Source of the DNA: an uncultured Thalassospiraceae bacterium
GTDB taxonomy: Bacteria; Pseudomonadota; Alphaproteobacteria; Rhodospirillales; JAPHRK01
Length of the DNA: 64,000 bases
Direction: 5' to 3'
Assembly: GCA_965368165.1 (NCBI GenBank)
Contig: CBDULT010000003.1
Span: forward strand, 133,474 to 197,473
Shown here: one piece after another, positions 10,905 through 19,272 of the stretch
Layout of the letters: every line of letters begins with the position of its first letter
How positions within the stretch are numbered: position 1 is the first letter of the stretch
Program-made: the position numbers and the translations under genes
Notes under the pieces: generated by a model
The model's database searches: none
What the model saw: the letters and a program-made list of their open reading frames with translations, nothing else
What the model was told of the DNA's origin: nothing

Positions 10905-11329
10905 TAGTTTTTCTCCGTTTTACTGAATTTTTTGCCCTTTTTATTAAATTTTGGACGGCCCGTATCGCGGTCAATTTCAAGCTCTTGGACCAATGATCCG
11001 TCTTTAGTGACGATTTGGGCGTAAACGGTATCGTCGTCGATGGCTTTTACTTCACCAACCTTAAGGTTTTTATTACCCTGCGATGCGAGGCGACCTTCGA
11101 TGATGTCTTTGACTTGTTCAACAGTTAAATCCAAATCGCCTTTGTAAAAGCGGTGTTTGCCGTATCCCCCATACATTCCACCCATTTGGTGGTCGCTTTT
11201 CATGTGTCTGGAATGTTTATTCCAACGGTTGCAATCGTTCTTGCCTTTATCTGCGAAGGCCGGCACGGCGACGGTGGTGCCGATAACAACAGCGGAAACG
11301 GCGAGAATGGTTTTGGTTACTGTCTTCAT
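10904..11329 (-). CDS. Periplasmic His/Met-rich protein, possible metal-stress protein
   Basis: Signal peptide (AVPAFA-DK), a HSRHMKSDHQMGGMYGGYGKH stretch, and a PepSY-like C-terminal half (VGEVKAIDDDTVYAQIVTKDGSLVQELEIDRDTG). Confidence 0.5.
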   Translation of the reverse strand: MKTVTKTILAVSAVVIGTTVAVPAFADKGKNDCNRWNKHSRHMKSDHQMGGMYGGYGKHRFYKGDLDLTVEQVKDIIEGRLASQGNKNLKVGEVKAIDDDTVYAQIVTKDGSLVQELEIDRDTGRPKFNKKGKKFSKTEKN

Positions 11330-11395
11330 TTTGAAATCTCCATCAAGTGATTATAAATTTCTGTTTTCGTTCGATGGAGGGATTAAAACGGTTTG

Positions 11396-11476
11396 TTGTA
11401 ACCAGTTGATGTCGAAAAACAGGGTTTTTTGTAACCAAATATTACTAAGGACATGTCTGTTACAATCTGTTACCAA
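11396..11476. promoter_or_regulatory. Candidate response-regulator binding sites in a divergent promoter (GTTAC repeats)
   Basis: CTGTTACAAT/CTGTTACCAA tandem 10-bp direct repeat at 11457-11476, 42-61 nt upstream of the ompR-like ATG. The opposite orientation has TTGTAACCA twice (11396-11404 and 11429-11437), 33 bp apart. Confidence 0.35.
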
Positions 11477-11517
11477 GTTGTTCCCATCTTGTTGTTATTA
11501 AGAGCTATAGTTTTCTT

Positions 11518-12237
11518 ATGGAACGTACAGCACACATATTGGTCGTCGATGATGACCGCGAGATCAGGGACCTTGTTGGAGGTTTCTTGAATAAGCATGG
11601 CTATCGTACAAGCTTGGCACGAGATGGTCAGGAGATGAAGAAGGTTCTTGGTGACCAATCCATTGACCTAGTGGTTCTTGACCTCATGATGCCTGGTGAA
11701 GATGGTTTGAGTCTTTGCCGTAATTTACGCGCTAAATCCAATATCCCTGTCATAATGCTCACCGCTATGGGAGAGGAAACGGACCGCATTATTGGCCTGG
11801 AAATGGGGGCCGATGATTACCTCCCCAAACCGTTCAACCCTCGAGAACTACTTGCGCGCATAAAAGCCGTCCTCCGACGATTTAGTGAAGGGAGCCAGAC
11901 CTCAGGGGAGGGCAACGCCTTGAAATTTTCTGGATGGAAACTTAACGTCAATGAACGGGAATTGTTATCCGCAGATGATGTGGTTGTTCCCTTAAGTGGG
12001 GGAGAATACGAACTTCTCATTGCGTTTCTTGAGCGTCCTCAACGTGTCCTCAGCCGGGATCAGCTTCTTGACTTTGCAAGAGGGCGAGATGCTCAACCCT
12101 TTGACCGGGCCATTGATGTCCAGGTAAGCAGGCTACGCAAAAAATTAGAACCCGACCCTAAGGAGCCAACACTGATCAAGACAGTAAGGGGCGGTGGCTA
12201 TATCTTTGCGACCAAAGTGGAAAAGGTAGATGGGTAA
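11518..12237 (+). CDS. OmpR/PhoB-family response regulator
   Basis: REC domain (ILVVDDD...LVVLDLMMPGEDG...KPF) and winged-helix output domain (LLIAFLERPQRVLSRDQLL...IKTVRGGGY). Confidence 0.9.
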   Translation: MERTAHILVVDDDREIRDLVGGFLNKHGYRTSLARDGQEMKKVLGDQSIDLVVLDLMMPGEDGLSLCRNLRAKSNIPVIMLTAMGEETDRIIGLEMGADDYLPKPFNPRELLARIKAVLRRFSEGSQTSGEGNALKFSGWKLNVNERELLSADDVVVPLSGGEYELLIAFLERPQRVLSRDQLLDFARGRDAQPFDRAIDVQVSRLRKKLEPDPKEPTLIKTVRGGGYIFATKVEKVDG

Positions 12238-13660
12238 ATTTAGACAACATTTCCGATCCCAAAGTCTCCTGACCAGAACAATTATCCTTATTGTCGCTGC
12301 CGTGGTGGTCTCAAATGTTATTGGCTGGGCAATTTTCCAAAAAGATCGCCATGAATCAGAATGGGCCGTTGGTATTGAACGGCTTGCTGAACGTCTGACG
12401 CTTCCTGTGATCGCTTTGGCTGAAAATCCTAAGTTTGATCGGCCGGACCTTAATCGTTCTCTTGGACTTCGGGGTCAATTCGTATGGATGAGTAAGAGGG
12501 TTGTCGAAGATGATATTCTGCCTTTTCCCATGGGAAGGGCACTTGAAGAGGCTGTCGGAAAAGAACTGGCAGGAACCGGAGTAGATAACTTTAGTCTAGG
12601 GCTTGTCGATGATGACGATATGGAAGAGGTCAGAGGCTTCGAGGAGCACGAAGACCGCATGAAGCATCGTCGCCGCAGCCGAATTGGGCGTGAGGGAGAG
12701 GAGTGGGGGCGTCATTGGAAAAAAAGTAAAGATTTTTTGGTTCTTTCGGCTAAATTAGATGAAAAACAATGGGTTAATGTCGCTGTTCCTTTTAAACCCA
12801 TAAACTTCGGTTGGGCCCCTCGTAATCCCGGCGGATTTTTTTTCCCTCTCATCATTATCATTGTGGTTACCGTTTGGGCCATGCGCCGGGCGACACGCCC
12901 CTTAACGACTTTTGCCCAGGCTGCTGAACGTTTGGGACGAGATGTTAATGCCCCGCCTCTTGAGGTAAAAGGCCCCAAAGAGGTTCGCAAAGCCGCAACT
13001 GCCTTCAATGAAATGCAAGATCGCTTGAGGGTGTTTATTAAAGACCGCACCCAAATGTTAGCGGCTGTCTCCCATGACCTGAGGACCCCAATCACCCGCT
13101 TACGGTTGCGGGCCGAGTTTATGGAAGATGAGGTTCAACGGGAGAAGATGCTCAGCGACCTGGAAGAAATGGAAGCTATGATCGCCGCCACGCTTTCTTT
13201 TGCCCGTGATGATGCCGCCAGTGAAACCACCAAAAAACTGGATATTGCTGCCTTACTCAGTAGTTTATGTTCGGATATGGTTGATGGGGGAGAAACGGCA
13301 ACTTACGAAGGCCCTGAAACCTTAGCCTTTGAGGGCCGTCCTGTCAGTTTGAAAAGAGCCTTTGCCAACCTGCTTGAAAATGCTGTTAAATATGGGCATG
13401 AAGCAACGGTACGGCTCTTGACAACCGATGCAAAAATTTTCGTCACCATAGAAGATAAAGGGCCAGGGATTCCAGCCGATCAATTAGAAAAAGTTTTTGA
13501 TGCTTTTTATCGGGTAGAAACCTCTCGCAGTCGTGAAACGGGTGGTACGGGACTTGGTCTGTCTGTGGTTCGCTCAATCATTCATGCCCATGGGGGTGAA
13601 ATTAAATTGAGTAACCGTCCTGAAGGTGGGCTAAAGGTTGTGGTAAGTTTGCCCATATAG
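12230..13660 (+). CDS. Sensor histidine kinase partner of the OmpR-like regulator
   Basis: Overlaps the regulator gene by 8 nt. It has two TM helices flanking an acidic/His-rich periplasmic loop. HAMP domain, H-box AAVSHDLRTPIT, N-box LLENAVKYG, G-box GTGLGLSVV. Confidence 0.9.
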   Translation: MGKFRQHFRSQSLLTRTIILIVAAVVVSNVIGWAIFQKDRHESEWAVGIERLAERLTLPVIALAENPKFDRPDLNRSLGLRGQFVWMSKRVVEDDILPFPMGRALEEAVGKELAGTGVDNFSLGLVDDDDMEEVRGFEEHEDRMKHRRRSRIGREGEEWGRHWKKSKDFLVLSAKLDEKQWVNVAVPFKPINFGWAPRNPGGFFFPLIIIIVVTVWAMRRATRPLTTFAQAAERLGRDVNAPPLEVKGPKEVRKAATAFNEMQDRLRVFIKDRTQMLAAVSHDLRTPITRLRLRAEFMEDEVQREKMLSDLEEMEAMIAATLSFARDDAASETTKKLDIAALLSSLCSDMVDGGETATYEGPETLAFEGRPVSLKRAFANLLENAVKYGHEATVRLLTTDAKIFVTIEDKGPGIPADQLEKVFDAFYRVETSRSRETGGTGLGLSVVRSIIHAHGGEIKLSNRPEGGLKVVVSLPI

Positions 13661-13680
13661 AACTTGAGAAAGGGACTAAG

Positions 13681-14340
13681 ATGCCAATTGATCGCCGCCG
13701 TTTATTGATTTGGACTTTGAGGGCGAGTGCCTTAGGGCTGGTCGGCCTGTTGCCTCGCCCTTTGGCGGCAATGGTCAAACCTGGAATGCGCTCTATGCGG
13801 GGGGATATTCAAATTAATGGCACCCCTGCCCAAAACGATCAATTGGTGAATCTTGGGGATCATATTCGCACAGGCAAGGGGGCTGAGGCTGTCTTTGTCT
13901 TTGGCTCAGATGCTTATTTACTGCGTGAAGATAGCGAAATTGAGTTCCCTATGAATAACCCGGCGGAACAGGCTTTGACGGTTATTTCCGGGAAAGTTCT
14001 CGCTGTGTTTGGGCAGCGTAAAATAAAGATCAATACCCCATACGTTACGATCGGTATACGGGGTACCGGGGTTTATATGGAAGCCTATCCAGATAGGGAT
14101 TATATCTGCCTATGTTATGGAAAGGCCGTTTTAAGGTCGACAATAAACCGAAACATAGGCGATGTCTTGGATGCCTTCCATCACGATGCACCTAAGAATT
14201 TCTATGCAGATGAAAAACGTTCTGGTGGTTTGATGGAAGCGGCGAAGATGGTTAATCATCAGGATGAAGAGTTGATCATGCTTGAAGCCTTAGTCGGAAG
14301 AATTCCCCTCTTCGGCCCCAACCCGATCAAAATGCCTTAA
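13681..14340 (+). CDS. FecR-domain protein with Tat-type signal
   Basis: Twin-arginine N-terminus (IDRRRLLIWTL). FecR-like pattern GDIQINGTPA...LGDHIRTGKGAEAVFVFGSDAYLLREDSEIEF. Confidence 0.5.
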   Translation: MPIDRRRLLIWTLRASALGLVGLLPRPLAAMVKPGMRSMRGDIQINGTPAQNDQLVNLGDHIRTGKGAEAVFVFGSDAYLLREDSEIEFPMNNPAEQALTVISGKVLAVFGQRKIKINTPYVTIGIRGTGVYMEAYPDRDYICLCYGKAVLRSTINRNIGDVLDAFHHDAPKNFYADEKRSGGLMEAAKMVNHQDEELIMLEALVGRIPLFGPNPIKMP

Positions 14341-14662
14341 AGGGGGTTTCCCCCTAACTTGGAGATGTCGTTCTGAGGCAATCGTTGTGTTGAATAGGGC
14401 GACGACCTGAAGAAAATACCAGCCGTCTGCTTAAGCGTTAAGTTTTTTAAACATATTGCTACCCGATTCCTTTAAACGGGATTTGACTTAGTTATCTGGG
14501 CCAGCCCCTAATATTAAATATGGCACAAAAAAGGACTTGAGGCGGACTTCTTTTTGCTTTGGTTTTTTTTATGCCGCGTAGGGATGAAAATAGGGGCGGC
14601 ATATGGGGTTCGCCGCCATCAAATTTTACCTTCTAAGAGAGACGGGGTGATGCCGCTGTGCC

Positions 14663-15355
14663 TCAGTCCGCCCCTTTGCCGCCATGGGCTTTGGACCAGC
14701 CGATGGGGTCGGCGAGGAATTCTTTTACACCTGCGATGGCTTCTGGGGGGAAAGCCTTTTGCTCTTCCGCTACCTGTAAGACATCGTGCCAATTTGCCAA
14801 ATAGTGCATGGTGACACCTTCGTCTTCGAGGGCTTGTAGAGCACCTGGAAAGACACCGTAGAAGAAAACAACAAAGCAATCGCTGACTTTAGCACCAGCC
14901 TGCCTTAAGGCACGGACAAAATTGAGTTTAGAACCGCCGTCGGTGGCAAGGTCTTCAACCAGGAGAACCCGGTCACCTTCTTTAAGGTCGCCCTCAATTT
15001 GAGCATTTCGTCCAAACCCTTTGGGTTTTTTGCGCACATATTGCATGGGGACGGACATGGCTTCGGCAATCCAGGCGGCATAAGGAATCCCTGCTGTTTC
15101 GCCACCTGCAACGGAATCGATGGCGTTGAAACCTTCTTCCCGCTCAGAATTGGCAACCGCCAACTCAATAATTTTGCGTCTGGCATTCACAAAGGAGATG
15201 ATTTTGCGACAATCAATATATACCGGACTCGCCCAGCCAGCCGTCAGGGTATAAGGCTCTTCAGGCCGAAAGTTAACGGCTTTGATTTCAAGAAGAATAC
15301 GTGCGGTGATTAAACCCGCTTCTTTCTGTTCTGGCGTACGAGCAACTGTTGGCAT
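14663..15355 (-). CDS. pyrE: Orotate phosphoribosyltransferase
   Basis: PRPP-binding motif VLLVEDLATDGGS. Overall PyrE-like sequence of the long alphaproteobacterial type. Confidence 0.85.
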   Translation of the reverse strand: MPTVARTPEQKEAGLITARILLEIKAVNFRPEEPYTLTAGWASPVYIDCRKIISFVNARRKIIELAVANSEREEGFNAIDSVAGGETAGIPYAAWIAEAMSVPMQYVRKKPKGFGRNAQIEGDLKEGDRVLLVEDLATDGGSKLNFVRALRQAGAKVSDCFVVFFYGVFPGALQALEDEGVTMHYLANWHDVLQVAEEQKAFPPEAIAGVKEFLADPIGWSKAHGGKGAD

Positions 15356-15480
15356 GGATGTCCCCTAAGCATAAAGAATGCATTGTCTATGGTGGTCTAT
15401 GGTGAAAGAATTTTTAGCAGGAAGAATGCCCCCTGTCACAGGGGGTTTGCTGGGGAAAACTAGGCAAGTTGGGGATAACT

Positions 15481-15816
15481 TTAATGCCCTCCCTTTCTGA
15501 GTTGGTAGCCATCGTCAGTTAAGTCATCAAAAAAATGGGTGACTTTATCGTGGCGGATGGGTCCGCCTTCCGCATCCGGTTCAAGGTTCCGCTCAGCCAC
15601 GTAGGTTTGAATATCAGAATTATCAACTAATACATGGTACCAGGGGATATCTTTCGGGGGGGTGCTTTTGGCGTTGCTTTTATACCAAACATCGCTGCCT
15701 TTGAATTGAGGGTCCACATCAATAACCACGCCACGGTACTCAAAAAGCTTATGATGTATGATCTGCCCAACATGGAATTTTGCACTGATGGTGGTCATGA
15801 TATTCCTATTTGTCAT
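15481..15816 (-). CDS. hspQ: Heat-shock protein HspQ / YccV (hemimethylated-DNA-binding domain)
   Basis: FHVGQIIHHKLFEYRGVVIDVDP...PWYHVLV is the YccV-like domain signature. Confidence 0.8.
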   Translation of the reverse strand: MTNRNIMTTISAKFHVGQIIHHKLFEYRGVVIDVDPQFKGSDVWYKSNAKSTPPKDIPWYHVLVDNSDIQTYVAERNLEPDAEGGPIRHDKVTHFFDDLTDDGYQLRKGGH

Positions 15817-15887
15817 TTATTAGATAAAACCTTACACCTTACATAAGTTTGATATCTACCAATAACCACATGCTTTTGGAAAAAACT

Positions 15888-16679
15888 ATGCCCGAAACTT
15901 CATCTGCCCCCATTCTTGTTTCTCGTGACGGTGTTGTCGCTACGGTTACTTTGAACAATCCGACCAAGCGTAATGCTTTGAATAAGGCCATGTGGGTTGC
16001 GCTTCGCGAGGCTATGATTGAATTGTCATCTGATGAGTCTTTGCGGTGCGTGATTGTAAAAGGGGCGGGTGAAGAGGCTTTTGCTGCGGGGGCGGATATT
16101 TCGGAGTTTGAGACCGAACGGGATACACCCGAAAAGACGCGCGCATATGATGATTTGTTAAGTTCGGCTCTTGAAGCTCTTTACACCTGTCAGCATCCGA
16201 CCATTGCCATGGTCCGTGGTGCTTGCATGGGCGGTGGATTGCAAATCGCCATTCAATGTGATTTGAGAATTTCTGGTGAGTCTGGGAAATTTGGGGCTCC
16301 GATCAAAGTGTTAGGGTTGGCTATGCCCTCGAAAGAAATTGAAGGTATCATGAATATCATTGGGGCGGCAGCGATGACTGAGGTGCTGCTTGAAGGTAAA
16401 GTCTTGAATGCGCAAGAGGCGTATAGCAAAGGTGCCGTGACCCGTGTGGTTGCCGATGATAAGCTGGAAGAAGAAGTTTTAGCCACCGCCAAGCGGATTT
16501 CACAAGGGGCACCCCTAACGGCCCGCTGGCACAAAAAATTCATCCAAAACCGCCAAGCTATGAGTAACCTCACTGAAGATGAAGTTGATGGCGGCTACTT
16601 TTATTTGGATTCGGAAGATTACAAAGAAGGTGTGAATGCCTTCCTCAATAAACGCCGCCCAGAATTTAAGGGGAAGTGA
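15888..16679 (+). CDS. Enoyl-CoA hydratase/isomerase family protein
   Basis: Crotonase fold with GAGEEAFAAGADISEF and ACMGGGLQIAIQCDLR. The ATG at 15888 is preferred over the TTG at 15849 given in the ORF track. Confidence 0.85.
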   Translation: MPETSSAPILVSRDGVVATVTLNNPTKRNALNKAMWVALREAMIELSSDESLRCVIVKGAGEEAFAAGADISEFETERDTPEKTRAYDDLLSSALEALYTCQHPTIAMVRGACMGGGLQIAIQCDLRISGESGKFGAPIKVLGLAMPSKEIEGIMNIIGAAAMTEVLLEGKVLNAQEAYSKGAVTRVVADDKLEEEVLATAKRISQGAPLTARWHKKFIQNRQAMSNLTEDEVDGGYFYLDSEDYKEGVNAFLNKRRPEFKGK

Positions 16680-16857
16680 TTCTTGGTTTATCTCGGATCA
16701 TTGTGGTGATCCGTTGCCAAACCATCACCCCTAATAAATCATCTTTTGCTTTTAACTCAGCAATTCTTCGGGTTGAGTAATGCAAGGCATCATAATGTCC
16801 ATGTTGTTGGACGAGGATGTTTGCGGATTGGCTTATTTCGTGGTCTGATGTGTTCAT
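16666..16857 (-). CDS. Small conserved hypothetical protein
   Basis: A..LVQQHG..A...S.RRIAEL...DD..G...W..I pattern recalls a small protein family common in Alphaproteobacteria. Start taken at MNTSDHE (the ORF track allows 16872). Confidence 0.4.
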   Translation of the reverse strand: MNTSDHEISQSANILVQQHGHYDALHYSTRRIAELKAKDDLLGVMVWQRITTMIRDKPRITSP

Positions 16858-16908
16858 GGAGACTATAATCAAACAAGAACATTAAGAGAACATTAACGCA
16901 AGTAGGAT

Positions 16909-17526
16909 TTGATTTTGGATCATAAGCTTATTCGGAAAGGCCTCGATGCTCTTGCTGAGATTGACCCGGATGTTGCTGTCGGGTTGAAGCTTGTCGGGTA
17001 TCCTGAACCTCGAATTCGGCCCCATGGTTTTGAAACCATATTGCGCATAATCGTCGGCCAACAAATTTCTACAGAAGCGGCGGCGGGCATTCTTGGTCGG
17101 TTAGATTTTGCTTGGCCCCATAAAACCCCAGAAACCTTTTTAGAGTTTAGTGAAGAGCAAATACGAGGCTTTGGTTTTTCCCGTCGCAAGGTGGAATATA
17201 GCCAAGGGGTCGCCCAGTCTATTGTTGGTGGTAGCCTTGATATTGATGGTTTGCCAAACCTGCCCGATTCAGAAGTAATTGCTGAGTTGGTGAAACTTAA
17301 GGGGATCGGGGTTTGGTCGGCCGAAATATATGCCATGTTCAGCCTGGGGAGGCCTGATATGTTCCCTGCTGATGACCTTGCCTTGCAAGAAGCTTTGCGG
17401 CGCCTTAAGGGGTTAGAAGAGCGACCAAAAGGAAAAGAGGTCAGAGAGTTAACCGTCCATTGGTCTCCCTGGCGTTCGGTTGGGGCATTGTTTTTGTGGA
17501 AATATTATCGAGGGGCTCCTAAATAG
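16909..17526 (+). CDS. alkA: DNA-3-methyladenine glycosylase II family (HhH-GPD)
   Basis: HhH-GPD features: IVGQQISTEAA, LKGIGVWSAEIYAMF, FPADDLALQEAL. Confidence 0.8.
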   Translation: MILDHKLIRKGLDALAEIDPDVAVGLKLVGYPEPRIRPHGFETILRIIVGQQISTEAAAGILGRLDFAWPHKTPETFLEFSEEQIRGFGFSRRKVEYSQGVAQSIVGGSLDIDGLPNLPDSEVIAELVKLKGIGVWSAEIYAMFSLGRPDMFPADDLALQEALRRLKGLEERPKGKEVRELTVHWSPWRSVGALFLWKYYRGAPK

Positions 17527-17594
17527 GGCACCGTCATGGCTTGACAAAAATAGTTCTGTTTACGAACATTGGCGTAAATTAACCGGAGGAAAAT

Positions 17595-17810
17595 ATGGTC
17601 GATGCAGGATTTTGTCGCGATTGTAGCATGTGGGTTTTTGAAGAAAATCGGCAACTACAAAACCCAGATGAGCAAGACGGATACGGGGAATGCCAGCGCA
17701 TTGCCGATATGATGGCGAACCCAAACAAGGCTTTAGCGCGCATTGATGAAGAGTTTGCTAAATTTCAATGTCGGGGTGATTACGGCTGCACTTTATTTTT
17801 GGCTAAGTAA
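17595..17810 (+). CDS. Small Cys-containing hypothetical protein
   Basis: 71 aa with a good SD (GGAGGA 6 nt upstream). CxxC plus three further Cys; no recognisable family. Confidence 0.4.
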   Translation: MVDAGFCRDCSMWVFEENRQLQNPDEQDGYGECQRIADMMANPNKALARIDEEFAKFQCRGDYGCTLFLAK

Positions 17811-17904
17811 TTAAAATTACCTTATATTAGAAAAGGCTTGTCAAGCGACTCTATTATCCATACTATTTGTTTAACATGTAAAATAAATAGTATGGATAAG
17901 ATCA

Positions 17905-19272
17905 ATGGCGACTTCATGGAAAAAGCGTTTAGCCTTCATACCTCCGGTCGTTTTGGGTGTTGTGGTGATGGCCTATGCCGCTTCAAACAAAACAAGCCCA
18001 ATCCAGGCCCCCCCTCAGGAAATTGCAAAATCTGTTAGGGTTATTGAAGTTTCAAAAACCCCCGTTGTCGCCAGAGCGATTGGATATGGAAGCGTTAAGC
18101 CCAGCAATGTTTGGAATGCTATTTCTAGAGTAAAAGGCACGGCGGTTTATGTTCATCCAAATTTTAAAAAGGGAACGGTCTTACCTAAAGGAACGGAGTT
18201 GGTTAGGATTGATCCCACTGACTACCAGCTCACCATTGCCCAGTTTGAAGCCAACATCAGGGCGACAGAAGCCCAGCTTAAAGAATCCATTGTTAATGAA
18301 GAAAACACCCGCGCCTCTTTAGCCATTGAAGAGAACGTTCTTTCAATCAAGAAACGGGACTTAGCCCGTAAGGAAGAATTGAAGAAGAAAGGGGCGGCGT
18401 CGGCGTCCTCAGTTGATCAAGCTCGCAGGGATTCTCTTACTCAAAGTCAGCAAGTGCAAAACCTTAAAAACTCTCTTAATTTGACTCCAACCAAACGAAA
18501 GGTGCTTGAAGAACAAAAGGCGGTTTATGAGGCTCAATTAGAAGCGGCGAAGCTGGATTTAGAAAGAACATCTATCGTTTTGCCTTACGACGCCCGTATT
18601 TCTGAGGCCAATGTCGAAATCAGCCAGTACGTACAGAGTGGGGCGGTTCTAGGCGTTGCGGATTCGATCGAAACCTCTGAAGTTGAAGCTCAGTTACCAC
18701 TTTCACGATTTGGTACGGTCTTAAATGCCTCTGCCAATGGTTCGGGCATCGTCACACAAAGCGACTTGATGAAATTTGCCGATAAGATTGGGGTTGCGGC
18801 TGTTGTCCGCCTGAAGTCGGGGGAGTTTAATATTCAATGGGAAGGGCGGGTGGTGCGAATCAGCGATACGGTAGACCCCCAAACCCGGACCGTTGGCGTC
18901 ATTGTTGCTGTTGATCACCCTTATGAAAATGCCAGACTTGGTACCCGACCACCTTTGGTGAAGGGGATGTTTGTCGAGGTCGAGCTTTTGGCTTCTACTT
19001 CCCAAAATACCATCGTTATTCCCCGCACGGCCCTTAAAGGGACAAATGTTTTTACGGTGAGTGCTGAAAACAGGATGGTCGCCAAACCTGTAAAAATCGC
19101 CTTTTCCCAAGGAAACTTTGTGGCTGTAAGTGAGGGGCTTTCTGTGGGGGATAAAGTTGTCGTTTCTGATGTTATTCCTGCCGTTGAAGGGCTTTTGCTG
19201 GCTCCTGTGATAGATCAGAATTTACAGAAAAATTTAATTCATGAGGCTGGGGCAAAAGGGGCGGCAAAATGA
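17905..19272 (+). CDS. RND efflux periplasmic adaptor (membrane fusion protein)
   Basis: N-terminal anchor, coiled-coil hairpin region and beta-barrel domains typical of the HlyD_D23 family. The stop overlaps the pump gene start (ATGA). Confidence 0.85.
   Translation: MATSWKKRLAFIPPVVLGVVVMAYAASNKTSPIQAPPQEIAKSVRVIEVSKTPVVARAIGYGSVKPSNVWNAISRVKGTAVYVHPNFKKGTVLPKGTELVRIDPTDYQLTIAQFEANIRATEAQLKESIVNEENTRASLAIEENVLSIKKRDLARKEELKKKGAASASSVDQARRDSLTQSQQVQNLKNSLNLTPTKRKVLEEQKAVYEAQLEAAKLDLERTSIVLPYDARISEANVEISQYVQSGAVLGVADSIETSEVEAQLPLSRFGTVLNASANGSGIVTQSDLMKFADKIGVAAVVRLKSGEFNIQWEGRVVRISDTVDPQTRTVGVIVAVDHPYENARLGTRPPLVKGMFVEVELLASTSQNTIVIPRTALKGTNVFTVSAENRMVAKPVKIAFSQGNFVAVSEGLSVGDKVVVSDVIPAVEGLLLAPVIDQNLQKNLIHEAGAKGAAK

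Noticed and set aside
14554-14879. Two 86-aa ORFs and a 7-bp hairpin (14571-14602) in the region between the FecR-like gene and pyrE.
   Set aside because: The ORFs overlap the pyrE 3' end or run through non-coding DNA with Arg/Pro/Cys-rich products. The hairpin has its T-run on the wrong side for a plus-strand terminator and an A-run for the minus strand, so no terminator or sRNA call is justified.
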